Shown piece after piece: positions 53,801-64,000 of a DNA stretch of 64,000 nt. Origin of the DNA: Amphiscolops sp. MND2022. Lineage: Eukaryota. The notes below the pieces were generated by a model. The model had not been told where the DNA came from, ran no database searches, and saw only the letters and a list, made by a program, of their open reading frames with translations. Position numbers and translations under genes: made by a program. The stretch spans positions 46,750,001 to 46,814,000 of the forward strand of contig OZ076409.1 in the NCBI GenBank assembly GCA_964187785.1. Direction: 5' to 3'. Within the stretch, counting starts at the first letter, position 1, and the number at the start of each line of letters is the position of its first letter.

Positions 53801-55640
53801 AACAAAAGAGTCGCAAACTGCCCAAGTCGGCGCCCCGCTCAAGTTTCTTGAATATGCCAAGGACACTGTTGTTAAATTTTCATCAAATTCTCAATGCCGA
53901 AAAATACCCGAAGGGATACACTTGGACTCTAAAAGCACTTTTTCCCAAACTGGAAACAACAAAGAACCCATTTTTTGAAATTTGATTTTTTTTCAAAAAG
54001 TTTTGTCGAGAAAAGGTCTCATGGTGCTGGAAAGGGAGCTTCGAATTCTCCAAAAACTTTTTCTAGTCGAAACATTTATGAAAGTGAAGGGTAAGGACAA
54101 AACAAATTTTTTCGAAAAAATGTCGCACAGTGCCGAAATATATCGTAGGTCATTTCAACAGTTACTGGGAATTTTCTTATCACTCTTTGGAATCTGATGA
54201 ATGTTTTTCTTCAGAAAACTTCAAAAAACTAAAAATGGAAAATTTTTCAAAATCTTCAAATCGCATTGCGCCGGAAACAACCGGAGATGACCCCCTCTAA
54301 CTCGCAAAACGCTTCAATCCTGCTACAAGGGGGCACTTTGATTGCACAAAGTTTTGAAAGAAAAGTCACATAGTGTCAAAAAATTGAAAAGGGGGGCCTT
54401 TTGGTCTACCGCCAACTTTTACAAACATAAAAAATTTCTTGATTTAGTGTAAGACTTGAAGTCTACTTCTTAGACCTCGCCACCAGGACAGGAAATCCGC
54501 GTTAACAACCAGGCCTAGTGGCAGTGAGAAATTGCTAACTTTTAGGAATGCTCAAAGAAATCCGTCAGTTCGCTGATATAAAAAATGAAAAAACCTAGTT
54601 GTTGCAAACAACCATCCAATTTGTTGCAAACATCGAAAGCATGAAAGTGGGACCCTTTGGAGACATTGAACAGTTTTTGAAAAAAATGTCTCACAAAGCC
54701 GAAAATAATCGAAATGTTCATCTTTCTTTCAGTCTCGTCCGTTTTTGTATATTACGTTTTTTTAAAAAAAAGAAAATAAAAAAACGAAAAAGTTTCTGGC
54801 TGAAGCAGGGACTCGAACCCACCAGCGCTGGGTTCGCACTAAATCGATTAATCTTCGCATCAAAAAGTAGTACATACAGGGTGAGCTCTGTGGTCTCACG
54901 AAAAACAGAAAAACTCGACTGGAATGTCTAAAGTCGGCGCTATATCGAAAGCTCAAAAAGTACAAAAGTTTTAAAATATGCCGAAGACGTTTTTATGAAA
55001 AACGCAAAAAGAAGTTTCGAAACACCCAAAGGGTGCCTTTCATGCTCAATAATACTCGGAAACCACTTTTTCCCTAACTAGAAACAGAAAAAAAACATTA
55101 TTTTTGAAAAAAAAATCTAATTTGTCTCCGGTAATTCGCATAGTGCCGATACCCTAAGGAGTCATCTATGTCTGCAAAACGTTTCGTTTTAAGTAAAAGT
55201 CGAGATGGCCTCGATAAAAACAAATTGGAAATTGGACGAAATGTTATCACATTGAAAAATCTCACAATGCCGACAATTGTGAAAGGGAACCCTTGGGTTT
55301 TTGAAAATGCAGGTTGTTGCAAAATATCAAAAAAACTGAAAGGGGGACGCTTCGGAGACATTAAAAAGTTTTCGAAAAAAGGCTCACACTGCCGAAAACA
55401 GAAGCGAAGAAAGTCTCATAGTGCCAAAAAATTGGAAAGGAGGGTCCCTTATGCTTTGCAATGTTTTTAAATTTCATATTAGAGGCTTTGGATGCGTTCA
55501 AGATCAAGTACTAAGTACTTTTGGTAAAAATGCACGGTGTACAACAAGTGGTACATACAAGGTGAGGTCTGTGGTCTGACGAAAAAAACGAGCCACTGTA
55601 ATAGTCGGGCAGTTTTCAATAGAACAGCGCCGACTAAAAA
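53801..55640 (+). mobile_element. Cluster of adjacent or nested HINE-like family 1 copies
   Basis: 5' ends at ~53801 (cccaagtcggcgcccc) and ~54912 (ctaaagtcggcgctatatc); 3' hairpin tagtcgggc...gcgccgactaaaaa at ~55602-55640. Confidence 0.75.
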
Positions 55641-55932
55641 CTAACCACTGTAAGAGTTGGGCACGTCTTTTCATTAACACTTCATAGAAAATAGAAAAAA
55701 AATCATCAAAAGGGGAAAATGGTACTGCGATATTTTTCGTATACTGTTGCAACAAAAAAGTTCCAAAGAGGGCAAAGAAAACACGAAAAATTTTTTCAGA
55801 AAAATTTATAAATTTTATATAAAACTCTCTAGTTTTTTGATAACGTGACAAATCCATACAATGAGCTGTTAATTTATGCTCATACTTCCACCTAATTTTA
55901 AGCGCGAGCGGAGGGATTCCAAAAGTTCTTAC

Positions 55933-56265
55933 CTGAGTTTGTTCGTGAGATATCGTGATTGTGTTTGCTTCGTCGAGAAGATTAAAATCTGCTGCTGCAT
56001 CATCAAGTCCTTGTTTTACAGCCTTAGAAAGATCACATAGGGAATTTGGCAGATGATAATTCCTCAAAAACGTGATATTTAATGACTCATTCCTGCCTGG
56101 TGACGAATCATGAGGGCAACTGATAAATGGTAAAAGGCTCAAAATTTCTATTTTTGATTCGCTGTTTGACTCAGATGCAGGTATGATTGTCATGAGCAGT
56201 GTTCCGTAAACAGCAAGAAGAACATTATAACACAATAACGGTGCAAAGTGTTGTTTTGACAGCAT
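55933..56265 (-). CDS. Coding exon 1 of a GABA-B receptor-like class C GPCR (signal peptide plus start of Venus flytrap domain), 111 aa
   Basis: ATG followed by a hydrophobic N-terminus (MLSKQHFAPLLCYNVLLAVYGTLLMTIIPA), then EILSLLPF...KAVKQGLDD...NLLDEANTITISHEQTQ. This parallels GABA-B2 IMGLMPL...PAVELAIEQ...SLLRPYFLDLRLYDTE. Ends in phase 0 at a canonical CAG|GTAAGA donor, where I recall GABA-B genes having an intron (just before the conserved Cys). Confidence 0.8.
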
Positions 56266-59095
56266 TGTTGATAAACGGGGCGTAAAGGTTAATTCACTGT
56301 CAAAATTTTGAAGTTAAAGTTATGATTTCTGAGGTAATAAACAGAAACCCAAGTCTGCGTTTATTAATTCATAATGATTCCGACGTTAGCTTTTGACTGC
56401 TACAAAAACATGGCATGACATTTCTTTGCAACAGTATACCGATTGCGCAATATAAAGTGTAATAAATTTCAATTGAAGTGTAGACCAGGTTTTCCTCTAA
56501 TTTATAACTTACAACTAACCAATTTATAACTGTTACACCAGTCAAAACATGACATTACTTCACGCTTTGATGAGTTCAAGTGCACTGCATTCGTCCTAAG
56601 TCTTTTGAAGAGACCAACTTGAAGAGACGACCAATAACAGATAAACAGACTGCAGAACAAAAGTCACAAGTTTTCAGAACTTGTCTTTTTTATATATTTA
56701 TTAGCATTTCTATGGTGAGAGTAACTGGAAAGCTAAAAAGGTATCTTGCTTTTACTTTGAACTCGCAATGGGGTGCAGCTTGTAGACACCAGGACAACAG
56801 GGTGACGCAAACACCAGATTGGTCGTTAGATGATAAGTAGCGCGATTAAAAGGCAAAAGAGGACCTGTTCCACTTCTGAAGAAGAAAAAGAAGAGGAATC
56901 ATCCCATCATCATCAGAAGGAGCAGTTGCTGAACACATCCGATTAGTACCTCTTGCAAACTGGTAATACATAACGGCCGAACAACAAATGAACGAATAAA
57001 AGGGCTTTCCCTTTCTTTGTAGGCAGGAAAAAGTATGAATAAGATGTAACAAAGATTTCTTTCGCAAAAACAAGTTTAAAGAACCTCAAGGAGTTCCAAG
57101 TTAGGCCTCAGGGACTGCCATTAAAAGGCGAGGCGGGTTTGAAGAGGTGTAAAAGCAAATTGCACCGAGCCAAATGCGTGATGTTAGATATGATGAAGCA
57201 GGTATTCGGGGATGGCGGGGAAAGTAGCGAGGTAGTTAAGTAAGAAAGGGATAAGGGTGTAAACGAAGATGGTAAGAAGGTAGAAAGGACAGTGGGCTCA
57301 TCAGCATTTTTCATATTCTTTCATCTTTGTAATCTAATAAAACCCAGGTATTACTGAAAGTGGCTGCTTCGTCGGCTGGGGATGAACGGGTAAATGGGTG
57401 AAAAGGGGAGGGGGCGCGATAAATGACCTGGATGTACGAATGGATCGCTGCGACGACGAAATTGTCATCTGTAGTTCCGCCATCAAGCGGCCATGTTGCG
57501 TACCAAAACAACCCTCTCCTTTGGTCACCAGTTTCAAGATTTTAATAGAAAGTGAAAACCACAAGTGAATTTAATCCCTTGAAGTTACAACACAATGGAA
57601 AAACACTGATGTACGTTGCATAGCCTTTCACAAAGCGCTGACAAAAGCTGTAATTATTGGTCCAAGCTCGAAGGCTAAAGTTCAATATTTTTTGTGAATG
57701 GGTGAAAACCAGATTGTGCATTGTTAGTGCCAACAAATCTGTATGCATTTTTCACATTTCAGATGACTGCAAATACAATTTGCATCCATGAAAAGAAAAG
57801 CTGTGACTTTGCTGTTAAGCAGTGCAACAAACAAATTTCACACATTAAAAGGTTGCCTTGATGGATTTCATCAAAAATAAGAGAAAACTGTTAAATCTGA
57901 ATGACGTGTTATCTGTCACGGCTTCTTTTTACTACGAGTGACCTTAGGTTAGCCATCTATTCTGCCTATAGAAGTATCTTTTCTCAAATTTCTATCAATA
58001 TGATCCCAAATTTGTTATTCAAGCGCCTTTTGCGTCACTTTTTCAGTTTAGGCTTCTCACTTGTGTCTAAATTGCGTGTGTGTTGCGATAGGGTAGAAGG
58101 AGTCCTTTATTGATTGATTATAGAGGAATGCATTTTTTGTCAACCAGGGCAGAGGAAAGATGAAAGAAAAGAGCAACAGACGGAAATAAGAAGAGGGTGA
58201 CGGAAAAAAGCAGAGGGGCTAAATTAACAGCACCGTTGGGTGTGCTGCATGTATTTCGAAAAAGTAGAGTGTGAAGAGTAGAGATCATATTACAGTAGGT
58301 GTTGAAACATGCCTAAAATCACCGAGTCGCATATGTTTCAATTATGACCAAAGCCACAAAAATATGTACATACTTTTAGTTCCTGCTTTTAAGTCTATTT
58401 GTTGTTGTCCTCGTGTTGCCATAGTCTTTCTTGTATGACGTCAAACGTAGGTTATTTGAAACTTTTCTGCTTGTGAAAGCAACTGTTGAGCAAGCAAAGG
58501 GAAATTTCAAAAAAGTTATGACCAAAAATCTTTCCATCCAATGTTTCCCATTAATTTCCCCACGAAAGGAAAGGCGCCTAAAATGAGTTCCCTGCTTTGC
58601 ATAGTTTACTCCTCTATCGTTTCGAATTATGAAGTTGCTAAAAGTTGATTGGCTGAAACAATTATTTATGACTGAAGTTATTTTAAGGCAATTAAATAGC
58701 TTCCCTTTAACTATTGCAGGTTGGAACACAGTTTCAACTGCGCATCTTTGACCGTTAGAGGTCACTGAGGAAGTTGTTTACCAACAAACTCTGATTGGAA
58801 CTACAACATCGACTCCACTCGTGCATAGTTGATCTATTTACGTTCGAAAAAAATGTTGTTTGTATGCTATTATCCTTATTACTGAGGTTACAACTTAGCA
58901 CAATAAGCTAGAAATTACTTTTTCTCATTTTAAATACGGCAACATTTCACCCTACAAAGCAACTCAAAATGTTACACTACAAAACATGGCAACCGGAAGC
59001 GCTCGCTTCATATCTGGAAGACGTCAGAATTGACGAGAAGAAATTGAATAGCCGAAAGAATGGACCGAACGGTTTCGCTATTGCCCCCGAAGGAA

Positions 59096-59901
59096 CCCAT
59101 GTTGAGCTTTCCTTGAGAATCTGTACAGATCTGTGAACCTTTTTTCCTTGAGGATCTGTAAAGATCGTGCCACTGCTACGTAAGGACAACTGCAGATTTG
59201 CAAGGATCTTTAAGGATGTTCAAAGATTTTCTGTACAGATTTTTCAGGAAATTTTTTCGCGGAGCTTCTGTGAAACAATGTATTGCATTTTTGGGCTTCT
59301 TCAACAAGTATTTTTGCTAACCAAGGCTCAGTCAGTTGAAAATCTCCATCACTCAAAATTCTTGAGCAGGAAAAATTGTCCTCATCAAGGTAATTTTTTT
59401 GTCTGGGGAATATTTGGTATAGGTTTTGCACGGTAATTTATCTATTTCAATCGAACTTTCCAGAAGTTGCTGTTCAACTTTGAGTGGCTCGTTTGCTATA
59501 TTAACTTCGCTTTGGCGGATGTAATTATACATATGGCTACCGTCTGTCTTGGTAGAGGTGTTGATAAAGAATGTGGTTGTAATATTTTGGGAACATGGTT
59601 AGCTGGAGTAGTTTTAGTAATTGCTGGAAACTTGGAATACGTTTTAGTAATTTATTGGTCTCTTTCGTATGGTTTATTTACGACCAATCCTGGAATATCT
59701 GTCAGGATCTGTACAGATTCGCACAGAAACTTTTTTTCGAAACTTCAACTATGAGGCGTGTGTATCTTGTAGAGCACTTTATATACAACTAATTTCAATT
59801 TCAAAATTATTTTTTTCACTATTTATTTTTCGAAAAATCCTGGAAAATCGGTCAGGATCTGTGAAGATCTGTACAGATTCGCAGGGAGTGCTCAACATGG
59901 G
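59096..59901. mobile_element. Non-autonomous CCC-terminated TIR element (CACTA/EnSpm-like)
   Basis: TIRs CCCATGTTGAGC..TCC.TG.GAATCTGTACAGATCT / AGATCTGTACAGATTCGCAGGGAGTGCTCAACATGGG, AA on both flanks, subterminal ATCTGTACAGAT repeats. Confidence 0.8.
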
Positions 59902-60568
59902 AACCCATAACCATGACATTAAACCGATTACAACGGATGGAACTCTTCCAACACGGGCTGGTCAGAAAGAGAACCGCCAGAACGGCCAGATCCCCTTCCG
60001 CGATTGAAACAACACGTGTGGAAATTTACCGGACAACATCGAAGTAGACTTGATAAATCATCTATTCGAGGAACATTTTATGACAAAAAGGAACAACTAT
60101 CAGAATTGAGAGAAACTGCGAGTGTATCATCAATGAACAAAAAACCAATAATAGAACAAAAAGACCCCCAAAACAATCGGGAAAAGTTAATACGAGAGGA
60201 GAAGCTCGACATTATAGTAACAATGAAAGCATCAAACAAGAAACGCATGGCAAACGTAACAAACAGTCGAGAATACAACAGGCACTTGCAAAAGAAAAGA
60301 AGATAACCGGAATACCTATGCAGAAAATAAAAAGAAACAAAAAACAAACTACAAAAAAAAACATATTACCAAAAAAACAAAAACTGCAGGTTATGCGGAC
60401 AATCTAAGTGGACACCGCTTCGAAAATGCTTCGCACAAAAAATATGTCACATGCAGCAATTAACACAAACATGGTCTAAAAAGAAATTGAAAATAAATTG
60501 CACGCGAAGATATGAATGAACGCGAGATACAAAAAACACAACGCTAGATTACCAATACTATTCGCCTA

Positions 60569-61045
60569 AAACAAGACAAGAACATCTAATGTCGGCGCTA
60601 TATCTAAGGCTCAAAAAGCGCAAAACATATTTCTGAAAATAAGTTGAAATTTTTGAAATTTTTTCTTTCGGAAAATGTTGCATAACGCCAAAAAATGCAA
60701 AAGGGGGCCCTTTTGGATTTATTAACATACATCCTGTAAATTATCAAAAAATTCGAAGGGGGGACCCTTTTGAGATATTAAGAATTTTCGAAAAAAGTCG
60801 CACAGTGCCAAAAAAATTAAAAGGGGGACCCTTTAGTCTTGTCCGGTTTTGTAGGTTATGCTAAAAAGTAAAATATGAAAGGGGGAGCTTTTGCACTAAG
60901 TTTGCGTTGGCCGGACTTGGCCTGGGTAGTTTCAGTAGTTTCTGTAAAAAGTGGACCGATCAGTGTGAGGTCTGTGGTCTTAAGGAAAAAAGATCACTGT
61001 GAGAGTCGGGCATTTTTCCTTAAAAGGAAAAGCGCCGACTAAAAA
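60569..61045 (+). mobile_element. HINE-like family 1, compact complete copy
   Basis: 5' aacaagacaagaacatctaatgtcggcgctatatctaaggctc; GGGGGACCCTTT subunits; 3' agtcgggc...agcgccgactaaaaa. Confidence 0.8.
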
Positions 61046-62384
61046 CGATGTCAAATGAGAACTCGGCATACACTAGCTGAAAGGCTTACCAAAACTACCA
61101 GCTGAATACTACTGAAAGCCACCAATTAGAACAAATTTTCAGTAAACTTCACGATTTGTTCAAAACAGACCATACAATCAGAAACACGCAAGTCAATTTA
61201 GAGGAAACGCAATGAATTGGGCACATGCTACCAAGCCTACAAAACAAGCAAGCATTGCAAATAGTTATCATCGGCGACAAACAAACGGTTTTACTGCTTC
61301 AAAAAAACTTTTACGGATCAGTCGACGTCCCAGCAAGGCTTCACGAAAAAATAGGCAAAATACTCGGCTATAAACATCAGTATGGCTAGACGTCATGATC
61401 ATAGTCTCTAGATAAAAGCACACAACGAAGCATGAAAACCTACTACAAAAACCAGAAAATGAAGACTACAGAAAAAGCAAGAAAGAACCAAAATTCTACC
61501 GAAAGGAAACTATTTAGTACGAACACACGATATAGAAAGACCGAATCCGACTTAACGAAGAAAAAGCAACCGCTATCAACTGACTCGACCTTCCCAAAAA
61601 ATTAAACGGTATGAGATCCTTCTCAGATTACTACAAAACTTTGCGAAAAAGATACCGATTTCATCTTCAAAAATGACAACGTAAGACAGCTATGGAAAAA
61701 GGAAACAAAAGGAAAAAAGGAAAATGAGGGAAAAAATTAGACATAAGACTTCGAAGGAAACTGACAAATCTTCGCTGCGTAGCTTAGCTGGAAATCCGGA
61801 CCAGGCGTCCCTGTCTGTTGAAAACAAAATTCAACTAGAGAACTCAACATGTTAACAGTAGTCGAGATATCAGACCGATTCCGATTATATTTATACGGCA
61901 AACCTCTCCTCCTCCATTCCTATCATGAAGTCCTAAAAACCGCTCCCGAAATCAAACAAACAAGAGGTGTAACTGACTCAACTAACCACTCTCATGTTGC
62001 TTTAAAATGAAGCGCTGAGGAGATGAAAATCACACAACTTATAAGCAAAACCAGACAAAATGGGTAGCTTTGGAAGCGATATACTGATGAGACACTGCAA
62101 TTACTGCATCGCTAAATTTGCACATTTCTCAAAGACGCGTTTTTGATCAATCACAAAAAGAGCACCGAATAAAATATGCTTGATACGTGCTCACGGAACT
62201 ATGGAAGTAAACGAGTACTTGAATAATAGAAACTTACCTTACCGTGAAGCTGTTTTAGAAAGCCCTCCAAAATCATGACCACGAATTAAAACTTAAACAA
62301 TCGGGACAAAAAATCCACACACAGAGAAGAGCTGAGTGCAACCGCGCTTTATAGCTCACGAAGTTGTGCCTCAGGAAAGCACTG

Positions 62385-62430
62385 TGACTTCAGAAAAAGT
62401 GACTTCAGAGAAAAAGTGACTTCAGAGAAA
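62385..62430. repeat. Three-copy minisatellite GTGACTTCAG(AG)AAAAA
   Basis: Directly visible. Confidence 0.85.
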
Positions 62431-64000
62431 AATTTGTGTCTTGAGACCACGAAGAAGGGTGAAACACGGGAACTCAAATGGATAGACATTATGCAGCAAT
62501 TAGAGAACAAGCGTGACAAAATTGGCGGACGACACCAAAGGCAACTGTTTCTCCATCTAACGCACCCCTGAAAACACCGAGCATGAGACTGAATCCAATG
62601 CCTACAGCCGACAATGAGGCAGATATCGTTGAAAAATCAAGAAGATTCCCCGTAATCAGGGTTCTCTACACACACGGACCGATTGAAGAAATCGCGCTGC
62701 ACTTTGTCAGGACTAACAAAGTAGTTCAAGACAAACTGGTTTTGGAGTCCCTGATCAAGGAAACTGAGGCAAACCCTGGCTCAAACGAAATTCAATGCTG
62801 CACAAGATTTAAAACTGAAACGGATCTCCAAAATTTACAAATACGTTGCCAACAACCTCACTCAGGATTGGAGACGCTTCCTTGTAGATCACAAAATTAT
62901 CATACCAAAAAGCCTACGTCACGCAGCACTCAATGCGCAACTTATTAAAACAAAAAAGCTCAAATCGATTTCACGAAAAAGGCCGAATGCCTGTCACGAG
63001 TTTTTGTAAAAACACCGGGATTGAATCCGTATTTAGTGTCATCGAAGGTTATTTCAATCTTCATTGAGTATCGAAAATATTTAAATCGGACTGCGGCAGC
63101 ACTTTTAAACTCGAAGAGTACACTAATTACTGCAATAAAATTGCAATCAAGTACGGTTCCACAAATGTGCTCGCCCACACTTCGGAAGCAAACTGAGAAC
63201 CAGGCTAACTAAGCTTACCTATTGATTTTCAGCGTGTTGCAATTACTTTTCGGTTTACATTTGCAGAAACTCAGCCGGACAAATCATTGACCACTTGGTG
63301 ATGAGAATAGAGAAAACCACCGAACCAAGATATGAACTTTGTCTTTATTTTGACCTTCACTGAGAAACGACGGTCTACTAGGGTTCGTAACAATTTCAAC
63401 TACCCTTTACTATTCTTTGAATAATCACAAAAATTGATCACTCGATAGCAGTTTAAGTCATAAACCGTAAGTAGCTTTTTCTGGCACAAAATACACCGTA
63501 ACAAAGGTGTTCTGCGCCCGATATCTCCGCGAAACCAATAAAAGCTTAGCAACATTATCGAAAAGTGACAGCCAGGTAAGCCGGGGGAAAGAAACCCCCT
63601 GCACCGCAAACACAACAGCAATTGGGATATCTGCCCAAAAGGCTCACTCGAAACGAGAAACGACAGTTCCAAACCACAGCGAAAACGATGTAACCCAATG
63701 TAGACAGCTTGGGCAACATTCGTGAGGATGACCTTGACTGCTACAAACAACGACGGTAAATATGTGCATACGAACCGGAGGATGAACTGGAGTTACATAC
63801 TCCAGACGAAATATCTACCGAATCAAGTAAATTTTGAAACCAGATATTTTTTTCATGAAAAAAAAACACGAAATAACATTTTTATGATACAGGAAAAGCA
63901 ACGAACATGTGACCAACTGAGGTTCTATACTGCCGTGAGGAAAAACAGCAAATCACGCCAATACCTCTTATTAACTACTGAACTCATTCGGGTGAATGTA

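Larger units (their letters stand above)
1961..55932 (-). other. Inferred 53,972-bp phase-0 intron of the GABA-B-like gene
   Basis: GT...AG boundaries; joining the two exons gives a continuous flytrap sequence (…HEQTQ|CQVDEG…) with no residues missing relative to GABA-B receptors. Confidence 0.72.
58987..63400 (+). mobile_element. Heavily decayed Gypsy-like gag-pol relic, interrupted by younger elements
   Basis: …AACA|TGGCAACC PBS-like junction; knuckle remnant CRLCGQSKW (~60385); RT remnants FYGSVDVPA..HEKI (~61310) and WLDVMIIVS (~61383); RNase H remnants STRELNMLTVV and FRLYLYGKP (~61830-61900). No LTR pair found. Confidence 0.7.

Noticed and set aside
55504..55932. C-terminal 142 aa of the 253-aa ORF 55504-56265
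   Set aside because: Read-through past the GTAAGA donor into intron and HINE sequence; receptor similarity stops at TQ.

Overview
AT-rich, repeat-dense animal (probably invertebrate) genomic DNA with no prokaryotic features. The main host feature is a minus-strand class C GPCR gene of the GABA-B receptor type, closest to GABA-B2. Coding exon 1 (56265-55933) carries a signal peptide and the start of the Venus flytrap domain. It splices in phase 0 to exon 2 (1960-1802, CQVDEG...FGPICPHVTRQIA...AQ) across a 53,972-bp intron that fills most of the window; further exons probably lie left of the window. The intron holds layered transposable elements: two decayed full-length Gypsy LTR retrotransposons (LTRs, PBS, PPT, 5-bp TSDs), a 5'-truncated CR1/Jockey-group LINE, two families of Helentron-associated (HINE/DINE-1-like) elements including nested copies and one carrying a ~180-bp satellite array, CCC-terminated TIR elements (one holding an exon-like ORF), a very recent 1.05-kb tandem duplication with a templated junction, several long palindromes and a (GTT)n microsatellite. 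A third, heavily decayed Gypsy element lies upstream of the gene. All assignments come from reading the sequence by eye; no searches were run.
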